Positions 30,327 to 39,822 are shown, numbered from the stretch's first letter. The stretch is 64,000 bases of DNA from an uncultured Puniceicoccaceae bacterium (GCA_963933835.1 CAWVVV010000001.1:480001-544000), one strand, 5' to 3'. Made by a program: numbers and translations. The notes: generated by a model not told the origin, from the letters alone.

Positions 30327-30531
30327 TCGTAGCTCGAAACCACACCGCCGGCGCTGAGACTAGCAAGCGAATTGAAGTCATCCGACTCCATTCTGGTCGT
30401 TTTCGGGCCTCTTTCAGCCTGATTTGAGACAATCCACCCGCTGAGACCTGAAACACTTGACTTGGTCAACCCGCTGAGCATTTTCGGCGCCTTCATCGCG
30501 CGCGGGGACAGCCCCGTGCATCGAGAGAGCC

Positions 30532-33297
30532 ATGGCCAAAGCTTTTAAAGATACCCTACAGCTTCCAAAGACAGACTTCCCGATGCGGGGAGATTTGGCT
30601 AAGCGCGAACCTGCCCGCCTCGAAGCTTGGAAACAAGAGGACCTCTACGCTGGGATGCAGGCTGCCCGCGCCGAGGCTGACACCTTTGTCCTGCACGACG
30701 GCCCCCCCTACGCCAACGGTGACATTCACCTCGGCCACACCTTAAACAAGGTTCTCAAAGATCTCGTCCTCCGCTATAAGCACATGAGCGGCTACCGGAC
30801 GCCCTACATCCCGGGGTGGGACTGTCACGGTCTACCGATCGAGCAGCAGATTCTCAAAAAGATCGGCAGTAAGATCCATACCATGGAGCCCCTTGAGCTC
30901 CGCCAGCGCTGCCTCCAATACGCCAAAGGCTGGGTCGGCACACAGCGCGAACAGTTTAAACGCCTCGGAATCCTCGCAGATTGGGAGAACCCTTACACAA
31001 CGATCGACCCCGAGTTCGAGACCGGCATTCTCCAGGTCCTCCTCGCTCTCGTTGAGAAAGGCCTCGTGCGCAAGGGCTACCGCGCAGTGCACTGGGACTA
31101 CGTTTTCCGCACTGCCCTCGCTGAAGCCGAGATCGAATACGAGAAGCACACCTCGCCGTCGATCTACGTCGCGATCCCTCTCATCGATCCAGCAAGCGTT
31201 CCTGAGCTCGAAGGCATCAACGAGGTTTCCATCGTCATCTGGACGACCACACCGTGGACCATGCCGGCGAATCTCGGCATCAGCCTGCACCCAGAATTCG
31301 ACTACATCGTTCTACAGACGAACGAAGGGAGAAATTTCATCGTCGCTGAGGAGCTGCGCGAGCGCTTCGAGAGCGAATGTGGGCTCGAAGGCACCTCAGT
31401 GCTCAAGAAATTCAAAGCGACGAACCTCGATAAGAAGCTCGCGCATCACCCTATTTTTGAAGGCCGCACGAGTCTCATCATGCTCGGCAAGCACGTCACC
31501 CTAGAGCAGGGCACTGGCTGTGTTCACACCGCGCCAGGACATGGTGCAGATGACTTTACGATCGGCGCAAAATACGGCCTCCCCGTTTTCTGCCCTGTCG
31601 ATGCGCAAGGACGCTACACGCCAGAGTATCCCGAGATGGAAGGCACCTTTGTCTTCGACGCAAACCCGCTCGTAGTCGAAAAACTTCGCGAAAGCGGCCT
31701 CCTCATTGGCCACAAGCTAGTCGAGCACGAATACCCGTATTCCTGGCGCTCGAAGAAGCCGATCATCTTCCGGGCGACCGAACAATGGTTCCTCGAACTC
31801 GCCGAAGGCGGCATCCGCGAAGAAGCCCTCAAGGCGATCGACGAAAACGTGCAGTGGATTCCTCACTGGGGTCGCGATCGCATCCGCGGGATGGTTGAGC
31901 GTCGCCCTGAGTGGTGCATCTCCCGCCAGCGTCACTGGGGTGTGCCGATCCCGGCCGTCCGCAATGTTAAGACAAATCAAGCCATCCTCGCCCCCGAGGT
32001 AGTGAGCAAGTTCCTCGAGATCGTCAAAACTGAGGGCACCGATGCTTGGTATTCACGTCCACTGGCCGATTTCCTGCCGGACGACTGGAACGCGAGCGAC
32101 TTCGAACGCGAGAACGACATTCTCGACGTCTGGTTCGACTCTGGAGCCAGTCACACCGCTGTACTCAAGCAGCGCGAAGGACTCCACTATCCAGCTGATC
32201 TCTACCTTGAAGGCAGTGACCAGCATCGCGGTTGGTTCCAATCTGCACTTTTGCTAGGCGTGGGCGCCCATGGCACAGCCCCTTACAAGTCTGTCCTCAC
32301 GCACGGCTTCGTTCTCGATGGCAAAGGTAAGGCGATGTCGAAATCGCTCGGCAACGTCATCTCGCCTCACGACCTGATCAAGACGTATGGCGCAGACATC
32401 GTTCGCCTCTGGGTCGCCAGCACGGACTACCGCAACGACGTCGCGATGTCGGAAGAGATCCTCAAGATCACTGCCGACACCTACCGGACGATCCGCAACT
32501 CGACCCGCTTTCAGCTCGGAACCTTGTCTGATTTCAATTTTGCGACGGATGCCGTCGCCTCATCAGACCTCACTCTGATTGACCGCTGGGCATTAAACCA
32601 GCTGGCCACGCTCGCTGAGGAAGTCACCGCCGCCTACGAAGCCTACGAGTTCCACCGCGCATATCAGCTGCTCAACCAGTATTACACTGTCACCCTCTCG
32701 GCGCGCTACCACGACATCCTCAAGGATCGTCTCTATACCTTCCGCGCTGATCACCCAGCACGACGCTCGTCGCAAACGGTGATCTACCACCACGCGCACA
32801 CCCTCCTTCATCTCCTAGCTCCGATCCTTGTCTTCACCGCTGACGAAGCCTGGGAAGTCTTCTGCACGGAACAAAAGCTCGAAGACACCACACGCATCGC
32901 TCTACGAAGCTTTAGCGCAGTTCCGACTGACTGGAAAGACAGCTCAAGCGCGGACGATGTCGAAGCGCTCCTCAAGCTCCGCGACGAGGTGAACGAAAAG
33001 CTCGAGACCCTCCGAAAAGACAAAGTCATCGGAAAGTCGATTCAAGCATCGGTAACCTTCCGAGGACAAGAAACCGACCCCATCTTTACCCTCCTTAAAC
33101 GTCACGAAGCAAATTTAGCTGAACTTTTCATTGTCTCAGCCGTCTCTATCGAACACCAGCCAGACTCTGATAAGCTCGAAGTCAGTGCGCAACCAGCCGA
33201 CGGAGATAGTTGTCCGCGCTGCTGGCGCACGGTTCCAAGCTTAGAAGAAACAAAGCTCGAGCCTACTTGTCCGCGCTGTGCCGAAGCACTTACGTGA
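30532..33297 (+). CDS. ileS: Isoleucine--tRNA ligase (type 1)
   Basis: HDGPPYANG, HLGH, WTTTPWT, WCISRQR, AMSKS and C-terminal CPRC...CPRC zinc finger. Confidence 0.98.
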   Translation: MAKAFKDTLQLPKTDFPMRGDLAKREPARLEAWKQEDLYAGMQAARAEADTFVLHDGPPYANGDIHLGHTLNKVLKDLVLRYKHMSGYRTPYIPGWDCHGLPIEQQILKKIGSKIHTMEPLELRQRCLQYAKGWVGTQREQFKRLGILADWENPYTTIDPEFETGILQVLLALVEKGLVRKGYRAVHWDYVFRTALAEAEIEYEKHTSPSIYVAIPLIDPASVPELEGINEVSIVIWTTTPWTMPANLGISLHPEFDYIVLQTNEGRNFIVAEELRERFESECGLEGTSVLKKFKATNLDKKLAHHPIFEGRTSLIMLGKHVTLEQGTGCVHTAPGHGADDFTIGAKYGLPVFCPVDAQGRYTPEYPEMEGTFVFDANPLVVEKLRESGLLIGHKLVEHEYPYSWRSKKPIIFRATEQWFLELAEGGIREEALKAIDENVQWIPHWGRDRIRGMVERRPEWCISRQRHWGVPIPAVRNVKTNQAILAPEVVSKFLEIVKTEGTDAWYSRPLADFLPDDWNASDFERENDILDVWFDSGASHTAVLKQREGLHYPADLYLEGSDQHRGWFQSALLLGVGAHGTAPYKSVLTHGFVLDGKGKAMSKSLGNVISPHDLIKTYGADIVRLWVASTDYRNDVAMSEEILKITADTYRTIRNSTRFQLGTLSDFNFATDAVASSDLTLIDRWALNQLATLAEEVTAAYEAYEFHRAYQLLNQYYTVTLSARYHDILKDRLYTFRADHPARRSSQTVIYHHAHTLLHLLAPILVFTADEAWEVFCTEQKLEDTTRIALRSFSAVPTDWKDSSSADDVEALLKLRDEVNEKLETLRKDKVIGKSIQASVTFRGQETDPIFTLLKRHEANLAELFIVSAVSIEHQPDSDKLEVSAQPADGDSCPRCWRTVPSLEETKLEPTCPRCAEALT

Positions 33298-33329
33298 TGT
33301 CACCCAAACACCCAGCTTAATTTTAGCCC

Positions 33330-34250
33330 ATGTCCGCAAAGAAAAAGTCTGCCGCAAAGAAGACGGTGAAAAAGGCCGCCAAGAAAACACCTGCCAAGAA
33401 GGCTGCTTCTAATAAAGCTGTCGTCAAAAAGGCAGCGAAAAAAGCGGCTCCTAAGAAAGCTGCGAAGAAGGCTGCTGCCAAGAAAGCCGCGACCCCAAAG
33501 GCCAGTGAGCTTCTGAAACGGACTCAGCACGAGACGCCTGCCATTTTCAAGGTAGGCACTCGAAAAGCAGCCTCCGTCGTCTACACTCTAGAAGACGTTC
33601 GCGCCTTCCTCGCCAAGAAGGCAAAAGAGACGCCTAAGCCGAAGAAGAAGGCCGCAAAGAAGGCTGCGAAAAAAGTCGCAACAGCGCCAGCTGCCGTAAC
33701 CGAGGAAATTCCAGAGCCCGTCGCAAGCAAGCGCTCCACAGCGAGCCTTGCAGACATCCTAGGATTCGGCGCAGGCCCAGCGAAGAGCGAGAAAGCCGCG
33801 CCGAAGAACCGAGCCGTCCCACGCAAACACAAGCGCAACTTCGACGCGCTGCGCGAACTCCGCGCGCACGTTCGCGCCAGCCTCGGGATGCACGCAGAAG
33901 ACACCCTTGGCCGCTCAATGAAAGAGGACTCCGGCGACATCTCGACCTCCTCAGACTCAGCTTCTGACACTTTCAACCGTGACTTTGCACTCAGCGTGGT
34001 CTCGTCCGAGCAAGAAGCCTTAAAAGAACTCGATGCCGCGATTGAGCGGATTTACGCAGGATCCTACGGCGTTTGTGAGATCACGAAAGAGGCGATCAGT
34101 GAAGAGCGTCTATCCGCCGTTCCCTTCACCCGCTTCTCACTTACTGGGCAAAAAGAGCACGAGCTAACAGCTCGCCGACGCATTACTCAAGTGGGTGCCT
34201 ATCTTTCAGAGGGTTCCGGCGAAGGCGTGACCTTCGGCGACGACGGGTGA
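33330..34250 (+). CDS. TraR/DksA family regulator with histone-H1-like Lys/Ala-rich N-terminus
   Basis: AAIERIYAGSYGVCEIT...EERLSAVPFTR; KKAAKK repeats; lies between ileS and lspA. Confidence 0.88.
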   Translation: MSAKKKSAAKKTVKKAAKKTPAKKAASNKAVVKKAAKKAAPKKAAKKAAAKKAATPKASELLKRTQHETPAIFKVGTRKAASVVYTLEDVRAFLAKKAKETPKPKKKAAKKAAKKVATAPAAVTEEIPEPVASKRSTASLADILGFGAGPAKSEKAAPKNRAVPRKHKRNFDALRELRAHVRASLGMHAEDTLGRSMKEDSGDISTSSDSASDTFNRDFALSVVSSEQEALKELDAAIERIYAGSYGVCEITKEAISEERLSAVPFTRFSLTGQKEHELTARRRITQVGAYLSEGSGEGVTFGDDG

Positions 34251-34774
34251 CAATTAAGTTCGACGAGGCTCCGCGCTGGCAGGCTTACATCACCTTCTGG
34301 TGGTTGTTTCTCGCTACCCTGATCTTAGATCAAGCGACTAAGCTCTGGATCGTCCACGGATCCGGCTACATCTTGGGACAGGTTCCCCCGCAGAGTGGAA
34401 CGACGATCATCCCAGGCTTCCTGAACTTCATCTACATGGTGAACTATGGAGCCGCATGGGGCATCGGGGAAGGCTTCGGGATCATTTTTACGATCATCGC
34501 GGTTGCCGTTCTCTACGCCATCTTCCGCTTCCGGCGCGTCTTCGAGGTAAAACGCCTTCCCTATCAAGTCGCTTTCGGCCTCATCACTCCTGGCATTGTA
34601 GGAAACGCCATCGATCGACTCTTACGGGGCCATGTCGTCGACTTTATCGACGTCAATCTACAGTTCTACCGCTGGCCTACCTTCAATATTGCTGACTGCG
34701 GCATCGTCATCGGGACGATGTCGATGCTCATCTTCAGCACCTTCTACGACCGCAAAAACAGCGCTCGTAAGTGA
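34247..34774 (+). CDS. lspA: Signal peptidase II
   Basis: LDQATK, NYGAAWG, GNAIDR, VVDFI and PTFNIAD motifs. Confidence 0.96.
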   Translation: MTIKFDEAPRWQAYITFWWLFLATLILDQATKLWIVHGSGYILGQVPPQSGTTIIPGFLNFIYMVNYGAAWGIGEGFGIIFTIIAVAVLYAIFRFRRVFEVKRLPYQVAFGLITPGIVGNAIDRLLRGHVVDFIDVNLQFYRWPTFNIADCGIVIGTMSMLIFSTFYDRKNSARK

Positions 34775-34791
34775 GTCCAAGCTCTAGGGAG

Positions 34792-34824
34792 AAAAAGGCC
34801 CGGACGCACCCTAACGTCCGGACC
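34792..34824 (-). terminator. Rho-independent terminator of the candidate sRNA
   Basis: Minus strand GGTCCGGACG-ttagggtg-CGTCCGGGCC-TTTTT. Confidence 0.75.
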
Positions 34825-34897
34825 CTGATTTCGGCAAAATCCCGGATGTGCGGAATTTTGCGATAAAACCCGAATGGGGAAATTTCTAAGAGGACCG
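34792..34897 (-). ncRNA. Candidate ~105-nt small RNA
   Basis: Bounded by an upstream sigma-54 motif and a terminator; internal 11-bp hairpin; both stems gain a G-U pair only on the minus strand; no ATG ORF. Confidence 0.55.
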
Positions 34898-34907
34898 CTG
34901 CTTGGCA

Positions 34908-34924
34908 TGCACAGCGTATGCCAA
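34908..34924 (-). promoter_or_regulatory. Putative sigma-54 (-24/-12) promoter
   Basis: Minus strand TTGGCATACGCTGTGCA has exact GG-N10-GC spacing versus consensus TGGCAC-N5-TTGCW. Confidence 0.6.
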
Positions 34925-35045
34925 GTCTCGCGTCCTATGGCTTAAAGTAGCCTGACTGTGCGTGGACAGGGTTCTTACGCAGATTTTGACACCTGAAGTA
35001 TGCGATAATGAACACCGCCCTAGTTCGACTTTTAACCGTGGGGAC

Positions 35046-35077
35046 AAAAAAAGGCCCCCGGTAACACCGGAGGCCTT
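35046..35077 (-). terminator. Terminator of hup
   Basis: Minus strand GGCCTCCGG-tgtta-CCGGGGGCC-T7. Confidence 0.85.
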
Positions 35078-35104
35078 GAAAAAATCTTGGAGTAGATCTC
35101 TAGA

Positions 35105-35383
35105 TTAGATAGCTGCCTTCAAACCAGCACCTGGCTTGAACTTAACTGTGCGAGAAGCAGCAATCTTGATCTTCTCACCAGTGCGGGGGTTCACACCGAG
35201 GCGAGCTTTGCGCTTTGATACTTCAAAAGTACCGAAACCAACCAATTGGACTTTCTTTTCTTTGCCTTTGAGGCCTTTTTTAATGCCTTCAATAACTGCA
35301 TCGACTGCGCGTTCAGCGCCAGCCTTTGAAGTTTCAGCACCGAGGTTGCTTTGGACTGCTTCAACAAGTTCAGCTTTGTTCAT
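35105..35383 (-). CDS. hup: HU family DNA-binding protein
   Basis: MNKAELV, VQLVGFGTF, GVNPRTGE and VKFKPG motifs; true start at ATG 35383. Confidence 0.96.
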   Translation of the reverse strand: MNKAELVEAVQSNLGAETSKAGAERAVDAVIEGIKKGLKGKEKKVQLVGFGTFEVSKRKARLGVNPRTGEKIKIAASRTVKFKPGAGLKAAI

Positions 35384-35510
35384 GTAATTCCTTTTTCGTT
35401 TGAGGTGAGTTTGAGAACCAAATCTCGAAGAGACGAAAGGTCGATTTCGAAGCCCAGTCAATGCGTTTTTCACATCTAGGTGATCAAATTTCCCAAAACA
35501 GCACTTCACT

Positions 35511-35750
35511 CTACCCTTGATCAGGAGTGATATCCTGAGGACCAATGCCCTGAGACCCACTAATAGCAAGGTCAAGGAGTTCATTCAATGCTACAGCCTG
35601 CTTGACATCTCGCTCTTGAGCCAGCTGAGCGGACCGTTTCCACATCTGCAGCGCCATCACTTTCGCTTGCTCTTGAGGCGCCCCGAGGCCGCCGAACAAA
35701 CGTGTTATCTTTTCTACTACATCGCGCTCATTGAAATCCTCTTCAATCAT
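35511..35750 (-). CDS. Hypothetical protein (79 aa, helical)
   Basis: Overlaps the stop of the ygfZ-like gene (translational coupling); plausible composition. Confidence 0.65.
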   Translation of the reverse strand: MIEEDFNERDVVEKITRLFGGLGAPQEQAKVMALQMWKRSAQLAQERDVKQAVALNELLDLAISGSQGIGPQDITPDQG

Positions 35751-36666
35751 CGATAACCTCTATCTCCATTCCCGCGACGGAGCCGAGCCTCAAGTCTCCT
35801 TCAAGAGCCTTCGTCTTGAGCATCGCTAGGCCACGAAACGGTGCTTCTTCAGTCGATCCTCGGAGATCACCGACTCCCTGCTCATCCAAATAGATAGGGA
35901 GGCGAGGCGAGGCTGACGGCTTCGCGTCTTCCGCAGGCGCAGACAGGCGCAAGCGCACTAATTTCTTAGACGCCCTCTCAAGTCGGGCCTGGCGATTCAC
36001 GACCTCTTGGCCTAGGTAGCAGCCTTTCTGGAGCGAGCAAAGTCCCGAGAGACCCACTTCTGCCGGTGTTTCCTCGGGGCCGACTTCAAGGGGAATCTCA
36101 CACACACCCTTCTCCATCCGGAAGCGCTTATATTCAGCTTCATTCCATTTCGAAAATGCTGAAGCTTCGACTTTCGAATACATTGCGCTCAAGGCGTCTA
36201 AAGCCCCAAAGATCATAACAGAAGGCTGCGCAGCATTCAAGAAAGGCAATATGTAGCAGCTTTCCTGATACACTGATACATCCTCTTGTGTCGCTTCTGA
36301 AATTCCCAACCCAAGCTCAGTCAAATGGCTCCTTGAACCGTATACCAAAATAAGCCCCGAGGCCGAAGTAAGGTCGCTCAATTCAACTTCTTCGGAGATG
36401 ATGTGCCGGTCGAGTTTTGCCATGAGCGTCCCAGCAGGGGTAGATCGGCTGACAAGGAGGAACCTTTCCGGCGCTAGCTTGAGGATACAACTTTCTCCCT
36501 CGATTCGTGCGCGATGATTGAGCCAAAGCCCTTCTTTAAACTGTCCTTCGCTCATTCGAAGATCGGCACTGAATTGACTTTGCAAAAAGTCCGCTGAGTC
36601 CTCCCCGCTGATATCGATGACCGCAGCTGCGGGTCGCTTGATCCATCCCTGTGTATATTCTGCCAT
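35743..36666 (-). CDS. YgfZ/GcvT-like folate-binding protein
   Basis: ISGEDSADFLQSQ and KGCYLGQEVV signature. Confidence 0.9.
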   Translation of the reverse strand: MAEYTQGWIKRPAAAVIDISGEDSADFLQSQFSADLRMSEGQFKEGLWLNHRARIEGESCILKLAPERFLLVSRSTPAGTLMAKLDRHIISEEVELSDLTSASGLILVYGSRSHLTELGLGISEATQEDVSVYQESCYILPFLNAAQPSVMIFGALDALSAMYSKVEASAFSKWNEAEYKRFRMEKGVCEIPLEVGPEETPAEVGLSGLCSLQKGCYLGQEVVNRQARLERASKKLVRLRLSAPAEDAKPSASPRLPIYLDEQGVGDLRGSTEEAPFRGLAMLKTKALEGDLRLGSVAGMEIEVIDD

Positions 36667-36671
36667 CGCAA

Positions 36672-37076
36672 CTACTTCGTTTGTAAGCGGATATTTTCCA
36701 GCCCTTGCTTCCGACAAGCATCCATCAAGGTCGTCGTGTCTTTTAGCAAACTTGCTTCATCAGCAGTAATAAGAACCGGCACCTGGTTGTTCACTTGAGC
36801 TGCCAAAACAAGGCGACGAATCAGTTCATCTTGATCTACCTCGTCAGAATTGTAGTAATAAACCCCTTCTTTCGTCACTGCGAGTTCGATGAATTCACTC
36901 CGCGCCGACTCACCCGCGGTTTCCATTTCAGGGAGGGTCAACTGCAAGATGCGCATATCGCGAAACCGCATTGTGACGAGGAAGAAAAACACGAGCACGA
37001 CGAGCACATCGATCAACGGCACAATGTTGATTTCAACTCGTCGGCGACGAACCGGCCTAAGCGAATTCGATTTCAC
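36672..37076 (-). CDS. Biopolymer transporter ExbD/TolR
   Basis: INIVPLIDVLVVLVFFFLVT and ITADE motifs. Confidence 0.93.
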   Translation of the reverse strand: MKSNSLRPVRRRRVEINIVPLIDVLVVLVFFFLVTMRFRDMRILQLTLPEMETAGESARSEFIELAVTKEGVYYYNSDEVDQDELIRRLVLAAQVNNQVPVLITADEASLLKDTTTLMDACRKQGLENIRLQTK

Positions 37077-37651
37077 TTCAAAGCCGACTTGGTGCGCTTA
37101 AGATTCGCAAGGCGCTCAACCGCAACTTCTAGCTGAGCTGCATAGTTATCGACTCGGCGGTTAAGATAGCTGTTGAAAGCCAACGCTGGGATTGCGATGG
37201 TCAGACCCATCATCGTCGTGGTCAGAGCTAAAGCGACGCCCTCGCGGAATGCTCCCATCTCAGGCATGCCGGTATCCGGCGAAAGGTTCGCAAAGACCTC
37301 GACGAGGCCAGTGACCGTTCCCAAAAGGCCCAGCAGAGGGGCCGCGCCGACAATCACCTCAAGAACAAAGAAACCTCGCTCCATTTTAGATAATTGGAGC
37401 CGAGCATAGGCCTTCAACTGATCTGCATCAATTTGCGGATCCTGAAAAAAGAGTAAGATACGACCTGCGACAGATTGCGTATCGACGTCTGTCGGCACTG
37501 TCCCGCTGATGATCAAATCTTGTAGATGCTTCGGGATGATCCGGCTCTGCCGCAGCGCTACCATCCGCTCAACGACGATGAAAGTCGCCAAGGCGAGGCA
37601 AAGAAAGAGGGGCCAGGCAAAGATCCCAGCGTCACGAATGAAGTCGTTCAT
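37073..37651 (-). CDS. MotA/TolQ/ExbB proton channel protein
   Basis: APLLGLLGTVTG and ALTTTMMGLTIAIP motifs. Confidence 0.94.
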   Translation of the reverse strand: MNDFIRDAGIFAWPLFLCLALATFIVVERMVALRQSRIIPKHLQDLIISGTVPTDVDTQSVAGRILLFFQDPQIDADQLKAYARLQLSKMERGFFVLEVIVGAAPLLGLLGTVTGLVEVFANLSPDTGMPEMGAFREGVALALTTTMMGLTIAIPALAFNSYLNRRVDNYAAQLEVAVERLANLKRTKSALK

Positions 37652-37689
37652 TGCTTAATCAGACGCGACAAAACGAAAAGAGTTCGGCC

Positions 37690-38292
37690 TTAGGCCTTCA
37701 TGTAGGGTAATTTATCAGCCACGCTCGAAACATCAGCAGCTGCGCCAACAAGGTCTTCGAGAGGATCCCAGTTCCCAGCAAGGAGAGACTGACGACTGCC
37801 AGGCTTCATCGAACAAGCGATTTTTGTATCCCCATAAGTCAATTCCATCGCCTCAAGATCGATGCTCACATTGAGCGTTGGATCTGCATCCACCGCAGTA
37901 GCGATTGCCCTCCGTTCTTCACGAGTGACGGTCACACACGGCATCCCGAGTTGCGTGCTATTGCCGAAGAAGATCTCAGCAAACCCTTCGGCGATGACCG
38001 CGCGAAAGCCGGCACGGTAGATGGCTTGCGGAGCATGTTCCCGTGAGGAGCCACAGCCAAAGTTGTTTCCGCTGATGAGGATGCTGGCCTCGGCATGAGC
38101 GGGTTTATTCAGAGGGTGGTCTTTCTTTTCGCCATCCTCGGAGATACGCACGTCGTAAAACATGTAGTCACCGAGGCCATCGAAGGTGACGCACTTCATG
38201 AAACGCGCCGGGATGATGCGATCCGTATCGATATCATCTCCGGGGACGGAAACCGCCGTGCCGGATACCTTAGAAATAGAGGGGAGTGCCAT
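37690..38292 (-). CDS. leuD: 3-isopropylmalate dehydratase small subunit
   Basis: DIDTDRIIPARF, NFGCGSSREHA and FAEIFFGN motifs. Confidence 0.96.
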   Translation of the reverse strand: MALPSISKVSGTAVSVPGDDIDTDRIIPARFMKCVTFDGLGDYMFYDVRISEDGEKKDHPLNKPAHAEASILISGNNFGCGSSREHAPQAIYRAGFRAVIAEGFAEIFFGNSTQLGMPCVTVTREERRAIATAVDADPTLNVSIDLEAMELTYGDTKIACSMKPGSRQSLLAGNWDPLEDLVGAAADVSSVADKLPYMKA

Positions 38293-38376
38293 GATCTGAC
38301 CAATCAATGTGAGCACCTTAGCAGCGCAAGTAAAATGAGATGCTTGTCGCAATAATGACGCACCACTCTGCGACGC

Positions 38377-38793
38377 TTATGAAGACACGCTAAGAATGAG
38401 CTCCCGCGTATGCGGTATGGCTCGGTGTTCCCAAAGGGAAACGCCCTGCCATGTCCCTAGTTCTAGCCGCCCACCAGCGACGGGAATCGTCTCCGAGCTC
38501 CGCGTCAGGGCCATCTTTATGTGGCTAGGCATGTCGTCCAACCCCTCATGAATATGGGTGAAATGCGGATTGTGCGGATCGACAAGGCGATCTAGCCAAT
38601 CCTCTAGATCGTGCCGGGCGGAAGGATCCGCATTCTCCATCAATACCAAGCTCGCGGACGTGTGACGGCAAAATACAACAAGCAGTCCATCCTCGATGCC
38701 CACTGCATCAACCCATTGCTGGCATTGAGTGGTCACTTCGTAGAGTCCGGAATGGCTCGTTGGGACAGTTATCTTTCTGTGTTTTACGGCCAT
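38377..38793 (-). CDS. YjbQ/UPF0047 family protein
   Basis: HTSASL, ENADP, DDMPSHIK and LGTWQG motifs. Confidence 0.93.
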   Translation of the reverse strand: MAVKHRKITVPTSHSGLYEVTTQCQQWVDAVGIEDGLLVVFCRHTSASLVLMENADPSARHDLEDWLDRLVDPHNPHFTHIHEGLDDMPSHIKMALTRSSETIPVAGGRLELGTWQGVSLWEHRAIPHTRELILSVSS

Positions 38794-38835
38794 CTGGCTC
38801 AAAGTTAAGACGCATCAAATTGGAATCGCCCAGCC

Positions 38836-38977
38836 TCATCTGCATTTAGCAAAGGCCGAATCTAGCGGCGCGAAGTGAAAGATCCCCTCCTTATCTCGAT
38901 CGAGAATAAATCGAACCGTCGGATTGCAAAAGCTGCATTCTCCGTCGTAGAAAACAATCTGCTAGTCCGAGGTCCAT
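38836..38977 (-). pseudogene. DCC (DUF393) thiol-disulfide oxidoreductase remnant
   Basis: Manual translation QIVFYDGECSFCNPTVRFILDRDKEGIFHFAPLDS lies between an upstream TAG and a TGA; the ATG at 38977 is out of frame. Confidence 0.8.
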
Positions 38978-39096
38978 CCTTCCTAAGCAATGCATAAAAC
39001 CACCACAGGCAAGTTCGAGCATGTCCAAGCTAGCGCATCTACGTCAGCCCTTTTGACCCTTAGCGCTGATTCGAAAGGGCAAGTGGAATCCACCCG

Positions 39097-39816
39097 ATGA
39101 AGATCTCACATTTCGGAATGACTCACGCAGGCTGTGTGCGGGAGGTGAATGAAGACGCGCTTTTACTTATGCCAGAGGCGAAGTTCTTTGCTGTCGCGGA
39201 TGGTCTTGGTGGCCTGCCCGATGGCGACGTCGCGTCAAACATGACCCTCGAGTTTCTCGAAAACCACTACGAGGCGTATATCGAAGGCGACCAGCTACGA
39301 ATCAAAGAACTCTTTGAGGCCGCAAATGCCTACGTGCATGAACTGGGTGTCGATCGTCACCCGGGGGTCGGCATCGGAACAACCCTGACGGGAGTGCGCC
39401 TTAGCGATGACGGCCTTCTCGCCGGACATGTCGGTGACTCCAGCCTCTACCTGCTACGGGATGGAAAGTTTCACATCGTGACCGAAGAGCATACGATGGC
39501 AGCTGAGCTCGGGGCGTCCCACGACGAGAAGAGCAACGCATCGATCCCAGAATTTTATTACCACACGCTCACGCGCTGTATCGGAGCCGCCGCAGATGTT
39601 GATATCTCAGTTGAGGAATTGAAGACGCAGCCAGGCGACCGCCTCCTCCTCTCGACCGACGGGCTGATCAAGGTCGCTTCGAGTGAATTGATCGCCGAAG
39701 CAATGGCTGCAGCCAAAAAGCCCAAGCAACTCGTCGAGGCGCTCATTGAGTTCGCCCTCGAAAACGCCTGCTCCGACAACATCACCATTGTCGCCCTCTT
39801 CCTCGGCAAGAATTGA
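39097..39816 (+). CDS. PP2C-family Ser/Thr protein phosphatase
   Basis: REVNED, VADGLGG, GTT, HVGDS, STDGL and DNITIV motifs. Confidence 0.95.
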   Translation: MKISHFGMTHAGCVREVNEDALLLMPEAKFFAVADGLGGLPDGDVASNMTLEFLENHYEAYIEGDQLRIKELFEAANAYVHELGVDRHPGVGIGTTLTGVRLSDDGLLAGHVGDSSLYLLRDGKFHIVTEEHTMAAELGASHDEKSNASIPEFYYHTLTRCIGAAADVDISVEELKTQPGDRLLLSTDGLIKVASSELIAEAMAAAKKPKQLVEALIEFALENACSDNITIVALFLGKN

Positions 39817-39822
39817 GCTCTC

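Noticed and set aside
30327..30531. T-box riboswitch upstream of ileS
   Set aside because: No GGTGGNACCGCG-type T-box sequence or specifier stem is visible.
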